DNA of 64,000 nt from a virus (IMGVR_UViG_3300028833_000057:203827-267826); one strand, 5' to 3'. Positions 20,134-31,666 are shown, numbered from the stretch's first letter. Translations and numbers: made by a program. The notes: generated by a model from the letters alone, not told the origin.

Positions 20134-21840
20134 ATGCAACTTAATGTAGGATTTGAATTATATATTAAGAAATGCAATAACATGAGGCAACAACTTATGA
20201 AATCTGAAGAATTGCAAGATGAACTTGTCATGTGGTATCCTACGAAAGTGGGTTGCTCACAAGATGAACGTGATAAGGACTACTCAACTCTTGTGGAAGA
20301 GATTACTAAATTTCCACGTGTTGCAGTTGTCAATATAATTAATAATTCTGATGGAACATTCCACACTATTGGCTTTGTACCTCTTAAGAGAGATGATAAT
20401 TTTTCAGAAGAAGATATTATCACTGGAATAGAAGATTATGCATGTCTCTATAGCGAAGATGACAGTTGTTACGATCCGGCAGAAATCTTTGATCATGAAG
20501 ATTACAGCATAGAATTCTATAATACAGAAGCAGAATCTGAACTTCAGAAAGTATTAGATTACCTCGATTGTATATTTGCATCTGAAAATTTCGAGGTAAC
20601 TATTAGCGGTACTGAAGATGAAACGGAAGAAGGATTCTGCGATACAATCAAGGAAATGAATTCGTCGTTATATTTGGCTCTTGCGGATGATCCGGATAGT
20701 GAATTAGTAATTATCGCTGCCGAAGATATTACGGAGTTTGAAAATAAAACTATAGATCATCTTCCTATTCTATTTAGTGATGTCTTCAAAAATGTTAAAT
20801 TTGCAGAAATTGGCAGTCTCAAGACTGATAAAGATGTCGTAGAAAATACGCCATATGCAAGTGAAGATTTTATTCTTGAAGATGTGCTTAGAAATAAATT
20901 TGGTGATGATTGGTATGATGAAAAATCTGGAGAAAATTCTAATGCCGATGAAGGTCCTAGCTACGGTGAAGAAGAATCTTCAGATAATGATGAATACCCA
21001 CCTGAACCAGATGAAGTACCTGAAGAAGAAAGACCAGTAGAACATCTAGTAATTACTACCGATGCCTATAAAGCCGGTAAAAATATTCAGACAGAAAATA
21101 AGAAAGAAGTTATTATAAATGTTCCTAAAATCACACACACTCAAAACCAAAAGGATATGAAAATGAACTTGTTTGGAAAGTTGAATTTCAAGCCGGTTAC
21201 GGCAGCCGTTACCTTCGATGGTCTTCTCGCCATCGATGTGAACACCAATGAAGCCGAAGCTACTCAGTACAAGGCTGTGAATGCCAACGATGAACTCGTT
21301 GACGTTCTTGACGAAACGATCGCCATGGAACTTCCTCTGTTGATGCCCGTCATGGGTCAGGCTCCGGAAGTTGGCGACTATGTCCAGCAGGGTGGCGTTT
21401 GGTACAAGATCTTGGACGACAAGACCGCTCTCAACATGGTTAACGGTACTACCGCTGGCCTGAAGATGACGTTCACTCAGTTCTTCAAGAGCTCTGTCTT
21501 CTACCGTGCCATGATCAATCCGTCCAACATGATGAGCAATGGTCTCATGATGGCTATGCTCATGAATGGTGACGGTGCCAATGGCAATTTCGACATGAAG
21601 TCGCTCATGATGCTGTCCATGATGAATGGCCAGAACGGTGATTTCATGAAGAATCCCATGTTCCTGATGTTCCTGCTTGGCGATCAGAAGGAAGGTGGCT
21701 TCGACATGAAGACGCTCGCAATGATGTCCATGTTCAATGGTGGTGCAAACCCCTTTGCTAACATGTTTGGCAATGTTGCTTCTGCAGAAAAGGCTGCTCC
21801 GGCTGCAGCTGCTCCGGCTCGTCCGAATCGCCGCAAGTAG
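20134..21840 (+). CDS. Acidic N-terminal domain plus Met-rich repeat C-terminal domain; probable internal start at 21157
   Basis: 568 aa; AAAGGA RBS before in-frame ATG 21157; codon usage shifts there. Confidence 0.7.
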   Translation: MQLNVGFELYIKKCNNMRQQLMKSEELQDELVMWYPTKVGCSQDERDKDYSTLVEEITKFPRVAVVNIINNSDGTFHTIGFVPLKRDDNFSEEDIITGIEDYACLYSEDDSCYDPAEIFDHEDYSIEFYNTEAESELQKVLDYLDCIFASENFEVTISGTEDETEEGFCDTIKEMNSSLYLALADDPDSELVIIAAEDITEFENKTIDHLPILFSDVFKNVKFAEIGSLKTDKDVVENTPYASEDFILEDVLRNKFGDDWYDEKSGENSNADEGPSYGEEESSDNDEYPPEPDEVPEEERPVEHLVITTDAYKAGKNIQTENKKEVIINVPKITHTQNQKDMKMNLFGKLNFKPVTAAVTFDGLLAIDVNTNEAEATQYKAVNANDELVDVLDETIAMELPLLMPVMGQAPEVGDYVQQGGVWYKILDDKTALNMVNGTTAGLKMTFTQFFKSSVFYRAMINPSNMMSNGLMMAMLMNGDGANGNFDMKSLMMLSMMNGQNGDFMKNPMFLMFLLGDQKEGGFDMKTLAMMSMFNGGANPFANMFGNVASAEKAAPAAAAPARPNRRK

Positions 21841-21923
21841 TCGAAAAGTCTAGTCTGGGTTAACTAGAGATAGACCATAATAAAGACGGATATCTGCAAG
21901 GATATCCGTTTTTATTTTTTTTT

Positions 21924-22364
21924 TTATTTAAGTAAGCAATCAATAATTTCCCTATATGGATTATTAATAAATGAGAAAGATTGATTATTAATAATAATAC
22001 GATCTGGGAAAATTTCCACTTGCTTATTAAATAATTTTGATATAGCTTCAAAGAATATATACGGGATTATATTCAAATTTATAGAAAGAGTATTATTTTC
22101 TATATCATCTATAACCTTCATAAATACTGCATGACTAAAATCATCTATCTTAGATTGGAATCTTTCATCTTCATCATAGATAGAAAATTCAGCATAAAAG
22201 TTTTTAAAAGGTGATATAGCTAAGCAAGAAGTATTTCCTGGTAGCTTTACTATTACTCGATCCTTATTAAATGGATTTATTCCTTCAGGGTCATAGATTT
22301 TTACTACTACACCTTTATCTTGTAAGGCTTCAAGTATTTTTTGATTTAATTCAGATATATTCAT
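21924..22364 (-). CDS. Hypothetical protein, predicted sRNA target
   Basis: 146 aa; AAAGGA RBS. Confidence 0.7.
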   Translation of the reverse strand: MNISELNQKILEALQDKGVVVKIYDPEGINPFNKDRVIVKLPGNTSCLAISPFKNFYAEFSIYDEDERFQSKIDDFSHAVFMKVIDDIENNTLSINLNIIPYIFFEAISKLFNKQVEIFPDRIIINNQSFSFINNPYREIIDCLLK

Positions 22365-22388
22365 ATTTGTTCCTTTGCATTTTGAATA

Positions 22389-25133
22389 TTATATATCCTT
22401 AGTTTCATTAGATGTACTAGAAACCATTACAGGGCCACCTACAACGCTTATAACTACATCCTTCTTATATAATGGATACTTACTTACTTCTTCAGAAGTA
22501 GGTGTTATTACTCTACAGAAAAGTTGTTCTTTAAAGGATAAACTATTCTCGTAATTTCCATATCCACCATCTTGAGGAACATTGTCAAAACGCTTATCGG
22601 TGTCGATTACTAGCATTCCATTGTTATCTAGATAGGATTTCTGATTTGCAATCTTAGTTATAGAAACTTGTACTTCATCAAGTACTCGTTCATGAGTAGT
22701 ATTGGCAAGATTTAATCCTATACGATCTGTGTCAAAATATGGTTGTGATATTTTTTTACTGGGATCGTGCAACCATGGATATTTACCAGTAAAGATATAT
22801 TCGCCTAATATTTTCTTACGGTGAATATCGCCAGTAAATATATCATGCATTTGTATAGTAGATTGGCCTTTATTTGTAAGATCATAAACTGTACCACTAC
22901 TATGTAACTGTACCGTATAAGATTTTAGGTAATCTAATAACTTTACTGCATATATGATGATATAATCTTGTAAGAATGCTTTGAAGTTTACATCTTCTGT
23001 TAATTTAGTTTTCTTTCCATTAGGGGGAGGACTATAAACATATACATCTGATAGAGTATACATTATATCATCATATAGATTCATTAGTAGATCCATTCTA
23101 GTTTTCTTATCACCTAGAATTGCATCTGCAATTTTATTATATGCCTTAGGATGATTCAATATGAGATATTCCTCTATAGACATATTCTCATAATAACCAT
23201 ATCTATTTGAAAATTCATTTCTAGATTCAAATAGTGCTTCTTCATTCTTTATTAGAAGGGCGTGTTCAATTATAGTCTTTAGCCAAGGTACATGCTTAAA
23301 CTTATCGACTTCAATATTATTATCTTTAAGCCATGAATATAATATTTCTGCATATGAATCTTCATGACCAGTTGGCGAGACTAATGACCTATTTTCATAG
23401 TACCTATTTATTTTTGATATCAGCGATGATAGTAGAGCATCGGCAGGAAATTCTTCAGAGTTTTCTGGGATATCTATTCCGGTAATATCATCATCATCGT
23501 AAGATACTGCCATTAAAGCATTATTTAAGCCCTTGAGTACCTCAAAGTTATCTTTAAAATGTTGAGCAAATCCATAGTACAAGAAGTTATTATTACTTTT
23601 TGTACTCTTTAAAGATGAGTCAAATTCATAATCCTCTTTCTGCCAATAATTATAATTATTTTTATTGTATACGTCTAAAGTAAGGCTCTTGTACTTATTA
23701 TTTTCTTTATATACATTATTTAAGTCATATAAGTACGTAGCTAATACAGTAGATATATTCTTTGCATTTGGAGGAATATCATCGGATATATTGGTATCGA
23801 TATTCATCTTTGTAAGATATAATGCACAGGCAAATAATCCGAATAAATCAAGTGAAGGATCTTTTAATGAATTTGATCTTATTGGGAAACTATTTTTTGT
23901 TTCGTGAAGCATGCTAAAGAATAATAGAAGACCTTGGACATCAGGAATATTAGCTATTTCAGTATTTATAGCTATATATTTAGATTCAATGTAAGATCTA
24001 TCTCCTATTTTATCTTTAACTACATCGGCATCATAAGACTGATTCCAATATGCATCTTTACTAGTTATATCTTCGAAAGGTATCTTTATGATATCTTCGG
24101 CAGGAGTTTCCCCTAGATATTTTTCTACATCATATACATCATATGGAACTTTTACAAAGTAAAGATTTGCACTTTCTTTATGTTCTTTATACTCTTCATA
24201 AGACATTGTACCATTATTAAACGCTTCTTTCTCAGATTCACTAAATCCTAGATCACGGCACAAATAGTATTTGTATATTTTAGCAATATTATTATTAAAA
24301 ATGTCTTCTGTTATGATTTTATATACATTATCTGTACCCTTATTCTTAATAAGAGCACGAATATTACGTAATACTCTTAACTGGAATTCCAGTGGAAGAT
24401 CATTTAGGAATGTAATACCGAAACTGTATAGTGCATTTCTTATATCATACTGATCAAGTAGATCGTAGCTAAATTGTTTTTGTAATTCAGTATCTAAATA
24501 TGAGAATATTGTCATTAATGTAATAAACAGGCAGTTAAATTTACGATGCATATCATCATACATTGATGCCTGGTTTTCCATTACACTTGCAAACCATTCT
24601 CTATTTTCAGTATAGAGATCTAAGAAAACTTCTGCGTTTACATCTTCCGGTAAATAATTCTCATCATAGTCAAGAATAGAATAATCTTTAGCATTTCTAG
24701 TGGTCATTATATCTAGGCCATAGTAACAATATAATCCACGATAATATGCATTAAGCTCAAAGATATTCCCCATATATGGTGGATCAACCATCTGCTTATT
24801 CTTATTATGAACCGATCCTCTAACTTCTTTAAACCGCGACTCACTATCTGCTACATATTTAGTATTAAGCTCATATGCGTCAATAAAGAATTGCTGACCA
24901 TCGGGCATTAAGTTATATTCATTAAGATCTTCAGGAAAACCTTTCCTATCGTATTTATAGATATATGGTAAAGAATCATTTCTGCAGGATATATAATAGT
25001 TACTAAGTTCTACTGACTCTGGAGTTTCATAGCTATTGGCTAGATTCTGATTTTTAAATAAAAAGGTTTTCGCCCAGTTTATTAGATCTTTAAGCTTTTT
25101 AGCTTGTCTTTCTTCATATACGGCTCTTGACAT
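22389..25133 (-). CDS. Large virion protein, probably baseplate wedge
   Basis: 914 aa; LYSFG..LP...LRNIRALIKNKGT motif; late-type promoter at 25160-25171. Confidence 0.55.
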   Translation of the reverse strand: MSRAVYEERQAKKLKDLINWAKTFLFKNQNLANSYETPESVELSNYYISCRNDSLPYIYKYDRKGFPEDLNEYNLMPDGQQFFIDAYELNTKYVADSESRFKEVRGSVHNKNKQMVDPPYMGNIFELNAYYRGLYCYYGLDIMTTRNAKDYSILDYDENYLPEDVNAEVFLDLYTENREWFASVMENQASMYDDMHRKFNCLFITLMTIFSYLDTELQKQFSYDLLDQYDIRNALYSFGITFLNDLPLEFQLRVLRNIRALIKNKGTDNVYKIITEDIFNNNIAKIYKYYLCRDLGFSESEKEAFNNGTMSYEEYKEHKESANLYFVKVPYDVYDVEKYLGETPAEDIIKIPFEDITSKDAYWNQSYDADVVKDKIGDRSYIESKYIAINTEIANIPDVQGLLLFFSMLHETKNSFPIRSNSLKDPSLDLFGLFACALYLTKMNIDTNISDDIPPNAKNISTVLATYLYDLNNVYKENNKYKSLTLDVYNKNNYNYWQKEDYEFDSSLKSTKSNNNFLYYGFAQHFKDNFEVLKGLNNALMAVSYDDDDITGIDIPENSEEFPADALLSSLISKINRYYENRSLVSPTGHEDSYAEILYSWLKDNNIEVDKFKHVPWLKTIIEHALLIKNEEALFESRNEFSNRYGYYENMSIEEYLILNHPKAYNKIADAILGDKKTRMDLLMNLYDDIMYTLSDVYVYSPPPNGKKTKLTEDVNFKAFLQDYIIIYAVKLLDYLKSYTVQLHSSGTVYDLTNKGQSTIQMHDIFTGDIHRKKILGEYIFTGKYPWLHDPSKKISQPYFDTDRIGLNLANTTHERVLDEVQVSITKIANQKSYLDNNGMLVIDTDKRFDNVPQDGGYGNYENSLSFKEQLFCRVITPTSEEVSKYPLYKKDVVISVVGGPVMVSSTSNETKDI

Positions 25134-25227
25134 ATGTAATATTCCATATTAAAATTTAACAATAGTAAGTTTAAGCTTAGAAATTTTGTAAAAAAAAAAA
25201 TAATGGCATATAGCCATTATTTTAATA

Positions 25228-26007
25228 TTAAGAAATACTATGCGCCGTATCAAACATGCTTTGTAGAATAGAACGATACAACTCATAAGGAACAAGTTCG
25301 CCTTTATTTAAGTAATCAAGTATATTAGAATCTACTTTAAATGGAGTATATTCTGTAGTAAATTCATTACCTCTTCTTAAGAATACAGGAAGATTTACAT
25401 CTATACCATTTGGACAATCGCTTTTATCAAAAGTTTCGATCTTTAGCAATTCTTTATATGCAACTAATAAGTATATATGTGGACGACCAATTTCTTGATC
25501 AATACCATATTTTTCAAGATACTTCTTTACCGGCATATAGAATTCTCTTTCTATGGTATATACATAATCTTTAAGAGAATGCATATCAAATTTCTTAGCA
25601 ATATAAAGAAGATACATCTTATTAAATAAGATATGATTAGAATCTTTATATCTTCGACCATATCTACAATCAGCTGCATTATTATACTGAACTTCACTTA
25701 GCATAGTATTACCATATGCATAAGATGCTATTAATAATGCTAATGATGCATTTGAATATATCGCATAATCTGTATCTGTAATATCTTTTACATAGCTATA
25801 ATTAAATGCTTTATAGTATTCATTATCTTTTGGCATGTCAACTTTTATATCATCTCTTTTGGGTGGATTGATGATATTATGCTTCTTTAATGAATTTAAT
25901 GCCGTATCTAAGATACTTTTTCCTAGTATTGCTGTTATTAAATATGGATCAGAACCATATTGCTTTCTAAATGGCTCAGCTCCAAAAAGGTTGTCTAAGT
26001 TTACCAT
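25228..26007 (-). CDS. Hypothetical protein
   Basis: 259 aa ORF. Confidence 0.7.
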   Translation of the reverse strand: MVNLDNLFGAEPFRKQYGSDPYLITAILGKSILDTALNSLKKHNIINPPKRDDIKVDMPKDNEYYKAFNYSYVKDITDTDYAIYSNASLALLIASYAYGNTMLSEVQYNNAADCRYGRRYKDSNHILFNKMYLLYIAKKFDMHSLKDYVYTIEREFYMPVKKYLEKYGIDQEIGRPHIYLLVAYKELLKIETFDKSDCPNGIDVNLPVFLRRGNEFTTEYTPFKVDSNILDYLNKGELVPYELYRSILQSMFDTAHSIS

Positions 26008-26014
26008 TGTTTTC

Positions 26015-27379
26015 CTAACGGTTTAAGAGTATGTCTTCAAAATAATTTATATCGTCTCTAGATAAACATTCTGTAATAGTAATAAACTTAGCTGCACGAG
26101 TTATAGCGGTATAGTGCATTTGTCTAAGTTCATTTGGATGTGAAAAACACTGAATATATAAGACATTATCCCATTCACTACCTTGACTTTTATGAACAGT
26201 ACATGCATAACCAAAGTCAAAATAATCAATTTCTGAACGGGCTTTATTATGAAATTTTTCTACAGCTTCAGAGAAGGTTCCTGGTGGATAGAATGGCACC
26301 ATAGATGCTATAATATCTTTTACAGTATATCCAGCTTCAGTATCAAAATCGAATGTAAAAGTACCTTTTAATTTATCAATATTCTTAACTTCTCTGACGT
26401 AGCCTTGTAAACCATTGACGAGCTTGTGCTCATAATTATTTCTAGTACACATCAACTTATCACCTACAACTGGAATATTACCACTAAAACCATTTATAAA
26501 TCTACATGATTGGTTTAGGATATCTCTAAGGTGATTTGTACTACATAAAATCTGATCAGAATTTCTATAAAACTCTGGAAAGTTCTCGATTACATCTGTA
26601 GGACTTACTACTGCAATTTCTGTAGAGTCGGCATATTTGCGAATGATATTGTCCAATTTAACTCTTGGTGCTGGATCATCAATAATATCAGATGCTAGAG
26701 ATATGATTGGGCTATCTCCACCTTGTCTATGGATTTTTTCCAAGACAAAATCCGGATTTGTAATTCTACTATTAGAACCTTTAACTGGTGGAAGCTGATG
26801 ATGGTCTCCTATATACAATACTGGAATCTCAAATGATTCCAAGTCTGTAATCTGTTCATCATTAATTAAGCTTGCTTCATCACAGACTATAAGTTTAATT
26901 CCAGCAAGTTCTTCAAAACTGCGTTTTATAAATGTTACTTCAGTCTTAGGCATTCGTGTACTAGCAATTGTACGCCTAGCTTCAATATCATTTGTAAAAA
27001 TATCTTGAGCATCCTCTCCAGCATCAATTCGATTTGAGATTTCATTTATTGAAATTCTATTTGAATTGAAAATTGAAAACTTTGGTTTCTTAGCTTCTCT
27101 TTGACGTTCTTCAGCTTCTTCTTTTGGTATATAGATCAACTTGTGCATAGTAACGGCATCTAATATGCCTTTCTTACGCATGACCATTGAAGCTTTTCCA
27201 GTTGGAGCTATGAATGCTACTTCACCGTCTATAGCTAGATTTTCAACCGCCATCTTTACTATCGACGATTTTCCTGTACCTGCTCTTCCAGCTAATACGA
27301 AATATTTCTTAGGTAATAATGAATACCATTTACAAATTTCTGAAATGGCTTCTTCTTGGATTGGGTCTAGTTTGAACAT
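26015..27379 (-). CDS. dda: Dda/RecD-like SF1B DNA helicase
   Basis: GRAGTGKS, APTGKA, DEAS, GDHHQLPPV, HRQ, YACTVHKSQGSEW, YTAITRA; start moved to ATG 27379 (GGAG RBS, early motif at 27402-27410). Confidence 0.92.
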   Translation of the reverse strand: MFKLDPIQEEAISEICKWYSLLPKKYFVLAGRAGTGKSSIVKMAVENLAIDGEVAFIAPTGKASMVMRKKGILDAVTMHKLIYIPKEEAEERQREAKKPKFSIFNSNRISINEISNRIDAGEDAQDIFTNDIEARRTIASTRMPKTEVTFIKRSFEELAGIKLIVCDEASLINDEQITDLESFEIPVLYIGDHHQLPPVKGSNSRITNPDFVLEKIHRQGGDSPIISLASDIIDDPAPRVKLDNIIRKYADSTEIAVVSPTDVIENFPEFYRNSDQILCSTNHLRDILNQSCRFINGFSGNIPVVGDKLMCTRNNYEHKLVNGLQGYVREVKNIDKLKGTFTFDFDTEAGYTVKDIIASMVPFYPPGTFSEAVEKFHNKARSEIDYFDFGYACTVHKSQGSEWDNVLYIQCFSHPNELRQMHYTAITRAAKFITITECLSRDDINYFEDILLNR

Positions 27380-27454
27380 AATCTCCTTTAGATTACTTAA
27401 TTTAATATAATAATACCTATACATTATATTGACAATAAATAAAGGACATTAATT

Positions 27455-28369
27455 ATGTACTTAGATTATCTAAAAATTAATCAGGAAAGAGTTTCTTATT
27501 CTGATTTTATGCTCGCTTGCATTGAAAGTACTAATGAACTTAATACAGAATTATTTAATATCCAAAAAAGATTTATTATGGCTACAGAAGGAGCTTCTGA
27601 AGTTCTTAGTGCTGTAATTGAAAAAATTAAAGCTTTCTTTAGAGCTGTTGGTAAGTTCCTCAAGTCTATTGCTTCAAAACTTAGTGCATTTATTAATTTC
27701 ATAATTGATAAAGTAAGAAATATATTCTTAAAAATTAAAAATGGAGTTTCTGCCGCTAAAGAAGATGTTAAGGATAAAGATAAATTTTATATAGATATTC
27801 GTAATGCAGTAACTGGTATTTGTTTTAAAAGCAGCTTAACCCCTCCGTCTTTTATATTTTCAATGATTAATTCTGCTAAAGATGAAGAAGATTTTGAATC
27901 TTATCATAAGTCGTTTGAAAAAGAAATGACTGAATATACACAATATGCAAGTAATATTAAAAATATTATTAAAAATGGCATAACTGTTATTCAAAATGCA
28001 GTCTTAGACAATGTAAAAAGCTGTGAACGATCAGTTAATAGTAGTCTTGAGAATATGCAGAAAATTGTTAATAGAGTAGAAAAAGATTTAGATTATTTTG
28101 ATAAAGATGAAACAGTTGCAGACTTAGTTAAATATCATGAAGATGATCAGGAATGGATGAAAGAATATGTTTCATTAGTTAAAGAATATAAGCGTACGAC
28201 ATCTTTATATATGGGAATAACATCTTTTATTTCTAAAACCATGTATAGCCTTATCATAAATGGTTTAAGAAAATACAGTACCAGAGATGAAGCTATAGCT
28301 GCAAAAAATACGCTTGTAGAAAATCTCATATCGGGCATTGACGCTCTTAATTTTGAAGATAAAAAATAG
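27455..28369 (+). CDS. Internal head protein paralog
   Basis: Propeptide ending ATE|G followed by amphipathic basic helix; promoter TACATTATATTG at 27420-27431. Confidence 0.65.
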   Translation: MYLDYLKINQERVSYSDFMLACIESTNELNTELFNIQKRFIMATEGASEVLSAVIEKIKAFFRAVGKFLKSIASKLSAFINFIIDKVRNIFLKIKNGVSAAKEDVKDKDKFYIDIRNAVTGICFKSSLTPPSFIFSMINSAKDEEDFESYHKSFEKEMTEYTQYASNIKNIIKNGITVIQNAVLDNVKSCERSVNSSLENMQKIVNRVEKDLDYFDKDETVADLVKYHEDDQEWMKEYVSLVKEYKRTTSLYMGITSFISKTMYSLIINGLRKYSTRDEAIAAKNTLVENLISGIDALNFEDKK

Positions 28370-28459
28370 TTAATCTTTATAATAGAAATACCTTCATGGT
28401 ATTTCTATTATTTTTATACAGTCCAACATTTCAATGTATTTAGAAATGAAGGAAAGAGT

Positions 28460-29353
28460 ATGAGTACCAATTATTCTCTTATTTTAGGCAGTCATGATCT
28501 TAACGGAAAAATGAAGGCTATTGTGCTATCTAATGAAGATCCAAAGAATCTAGGCCGTGTTGGAGTATATATTCCTCGTGTTATGGGATTAATTCCCAAT
28601 GGTACTTCTGCTGAAGAAGATACTGATATAATAGAAAAAAGTATAGAATCCAAATATACTGAAGACATGGATTTAAAGGGTAAAGGTTCTTTAGATAAGG
28701 TAAACTTTATCTGGGCTAGACCTTTTATGTATGGGTATAATAATGATGGCGTATCTGGTGGCGAATGGAAAATACCTCCAGTTGGTGCCCGTGTTATTGT
28801 GGAATTCATAGATGCTAATCCTCAAGAATTGTATTACTTTCCATTTGCTCCATATGATGAAGATACTGGATTTGAATTTGATCCATATGAAACTGAAGGC
28901 ACTGGTACTGTTAGCATCGAAGTCTTGTATAAAAGTTTAAAGCGTAATATTGTATTATTTGATTCCACAGATGATAAGGATATCTTTGTTATAAAGATGA
29001 AATCAGGGATGACTTTCCAGTTAGATGCAAAGAATAATACAATAGAATTTTATACTAATGATAAAGAAACGCACATTACTGTAGATGGTGGTGATGTTAC
29101 TGTAGAAAATAAAGGTAATACAGTAGTGAATACTAAAGGTAATGTAGACATAAATGCTGAAGGAAATATTAATGCAGTTGCATCAGGAAATGCTACAGTA
29201 AAGGGTAAGAGCGTAGAAGTTATAGGTACTACTGATATTACACTTAAAAGTCCAGATGGTAGTTTATGGCATCCTAACTCTATGACAGTTTGTCCATTTA
29301 TTAATGTAACACATTGTCTTCTAACTTCTATTAAAGGTGGTACAGCGTTATGA
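28460..29353 (+). CDS. Baseplate hub/central spike (T4 gp5/gpV-like)
   Basis: DPKNLGRV..WARP..PPVGARVIVEF OB-fold; beta-helix V...GN repeats; terminal Cys/His. Confidence 0.85.
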   Translation: MSTNYSLILGSHDLNGKMKAIVLSNEDPKNLGRVGVYIPRVMGLIPNGTSAEEDTDIIEKSIESKYTEDMDLKGKGSLDKVNFIWARPFMYGYNNDGVSGGEWKIPPVGARVIVEFIDANPQELYYFPFAPYDEDTGFEFDPYETEGTGTVSIEVLYKSLKRNIVLFDSTDDKDIFVIKMKSGMTFQLDAKNNTIEFYTNDKETHITVDGGDVTVENKGNTVVNTKGNVDINAEGNINAVASGNATVKGKSVEVIGTTDITLKSPDGSLWHPNSMTVCPFINVTHCLLTSIKGGTAL

Positions 29354-30567
29354 TGACTCCAGCTGAAAAATTCGTTTCCATGTTAGAAACGAATATGGCT
29401 GATTATATGGATACACTAAAGGATGATGATGGTAAATATACAGCTACTGCAGATACTACAAAGCTGCAGAATATCTTTAATAGTACATTAAAAGATTTTC
29501 TTGAGACTTATCTTCAAGTAGATATTATATGGGTGGGGGCCTCAACAACAGTGCCAGTTACTCCCGATCCATTTGTAGGTGATATTGGATATACCATAAC
29601 ATTTTCATCCATGAATGTATTACCATTATCACCACCGGTACCCATTCCTCCAGATCCTGCTGTTGCTGAGATGACATTTGATAAATGGATAAGTGTTCAG
29701 CTTAAGACCGGTATGGTGCAAATACCTACTGAAAAATTGTTTCAAGTTACGCCTTTAATGCTTAATCCTGCTGGACAAATTGTTACAGCATTTTCTACAA
29801 TAGCTAATGGCCAACCTCCAAAGGACAATGAAGAAAGCAGAGCCATGACTAAGAAGGCATACAAGCAAGTATTTGATAGTCTAACGATGGTGATGTTTAA
29901 TCCTATTCCTTCTGCTGGAATTCATAATACTATATACTCTGGCACAATGAGTATGTCAAATTTATATTTTAAACCTATTACTGAAACTTCAGAGACACAC
30001 CCAGAGACAATATATACAGTTACACCAAATCATGAAATAAAATTCTTGAATGCAGATACTAAAGCACCTTCAGAAATGATAGATGTTTTTAATAAAGAAT
30101 ATGGTTATAAAACTGAAGAATTAGCTTTAACTGCCGCTAATGAAGCTACAAGAACACCTTATGCATATAAAGAATCAACCATAGAAGAAGAATCTACGAA
30201 GATACCTCGTGAAATGTATATAGACGAATATTCAGGTGATCCAGATTTTAATCCAGATGTACCAGAAGATCAGCCTGTAACTGTAAAAAGATATTTTGTT
30301 ACTAGCATATCTGCAACATCTACAATGCCAAAACTTTATGTACTCAGAACTTTAACATCAGAAGGATATAATGTATCTGAAGGCAGTAAGTGCAAAGTAC
30401 AAATAGTATTCCAAGAAGAAAGTGAAAATACTAAATGGGATACATATTACAAAATAGTTGACGTAAAATTAGATGATACTTCAATTACTGGCGATTCAGA
30501 TCTAATTTATGAGACTGGTGAAATTACTTCTAATTGTAATCTTACAGTATATCTAGAAACAAAATAG
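29350..30567 (+). CDS. Putative virion structural protein
   Basis: 405 aa, coupled to the spike gene. Confidence 0.5.
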   Translation: MMTPAEKFVSMLETNMADYMDTLKDDDGKYTATADTTKLQNIFNSTLKDFLETYLQVDIIWVGASTTVPVTPDPFVGDIGYTITFSSMNVLPLSPPVPIPPDPAVAEMTFDKWISVQLKTGMVQIPTEKLFQVTPLMLNPAGQIVTAFSTIANGQPPKDNEESRAMTKKAYKQVFDSLTMVMFNPIPSAGIHNTIYSGTMSMSNLYFKPITETSETHPETIYTVTPNHEIKFLNADTKAPSEMIDVFNKEYGYKTEELALTAANEATRTPYAYKESTIEEESTKIPREMYIDEYSGDPDFNPDVPEDQPVTVKRYFVTSISATSTMPKLYVLRTLTSEGYNVSEGSKCKVQIVFQEESENTKWDTYYKIVDVKLDDTSITGDSDLIYETGEITSNCNLTVYLETK

Positions 30568-30574
30568 GTAAATT

Positions 30575-31180
30575 ATGTCCGAGACCTCTCCATTTAGAAT
30601 AATGAATTATGTGGATGTAATTCCACCTAATATGCTAGATAAAGGTTTTATCATGGCACCATTTTCAGCTATGGTATATCAGCCTAAAAGATTTAGATAT
30701 CCAATCTTACTTAAGAAAAATAATAAGTATATGTGGAATCTAATAATGGACTATTATTATAATGATCTTAGAAGATTGGAAGTTCCATTTCACTATTGTA
30801 TAGAAAAAGTAGTGAATGAATGGGATATTCATGTAGGCATGGCAGCATGCAATAGATCCTGGTGGATTAAAGAATTGTGTAATCTTAATCTTTTGCCGCA
30901 TGAATTTATAAATTGTAAACTAATATGCTTCTGTGATGACTTTTATTATGATATACCTGACGAACGTATGTATAGACGTTTATGGAACAATATTTTTTCA
31001 TCATGGATGAGAACAACTGGAAAAGACCAGAGATTCATACATTATATTGATGAAATCTTAGATTGGGATTTGTATCATGAGCTATATAGAACTAAAAAAG
31101 TTCCATATTTGATTAATCGTGGTACATTCTTTAATCGTCATATTTTTGATCAGACTAGAGTGTTCTATAGAAAGTATTAA
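30575..31180 (+). CDS. Hypothetical protein in baseplate operon
   Basis: 201 aa; PFHYCI motif weakly amidase-like. Confidence 0.55.
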   Translation: MSETSPFRIMNYVDVIPPNMLDKGFIMAPFSAMVYQPKRFRYPILLKKNNKYMWNLIMDYYYNDLRRLEVPFHYCIEKVVNEWDIHVGMAACNRSWWIKELCNLNLLPHEFINCKLICFCDDFYYDIPDERMYRRLWNNIFSSWMRTTGKDQRFIHYIDEILDWDLYHELYRTKKVPYLINRGTFFNRHIFDQTRVFYRKY

Positions 31181-31188
31181 GGTATATT

Positions 31189-31623
31189 ATGATTAATATT
31201 AGGGATTCAAGTTTAAGTATAACTATTGGCGAAAATATCATTGATAGTAAAAATAATGATGCTACTATTAGTCGTGAGACATCAAAATATAATTTTGGAG
31301 AAATTATATTTGATAATCCATCAATAATTCCTAGACAATTTTGGGATCTATTTGAAAGTACAAAGACACAACAGGAAGTACCTCCAGAAATGAAATATAA
31401 CCCAGAATCATTTGCTAGAAAGTTTTATAATACTGCTGACTTATGGTGGTTTGTATTACTATCAAATAATATGACTACACATAGAGAATTTAAAAATGAT
31501 TGGGCTTATGCATGTGATAGTAAAACAGTAGATATACTTAAAGATTTACTAGAAGCTACATCTGTAGCAATAAATAAGACTATAAAATTAGAAGATCTTA
31601 CACTTTATCCAATCAAAGTGTAA
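31189..31623 (+). CDS. Baseplate wedge protein (T4 gp53/LysM-like)
   Basis: YNPESFARKFYNTADLWWFVLLSN. Confidence 0.8.
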   Translation: MINIRDSSLSITIGENIIDSKNNDATISRETSKYNFGEIIFDNPSIIPRQFWDLFESTKTQQEVPPEMKYNPESFARKFYNTADLWWFVLLSNNMTTHREFKNDWAYACDSKTVDILKDLLEATSVAINKTIKLEDLTLYPIKV

Positions 31624-31666
31624 ATAAAATACCTATGAGAGAACTTCTCTCATAGGTATCTTTATA

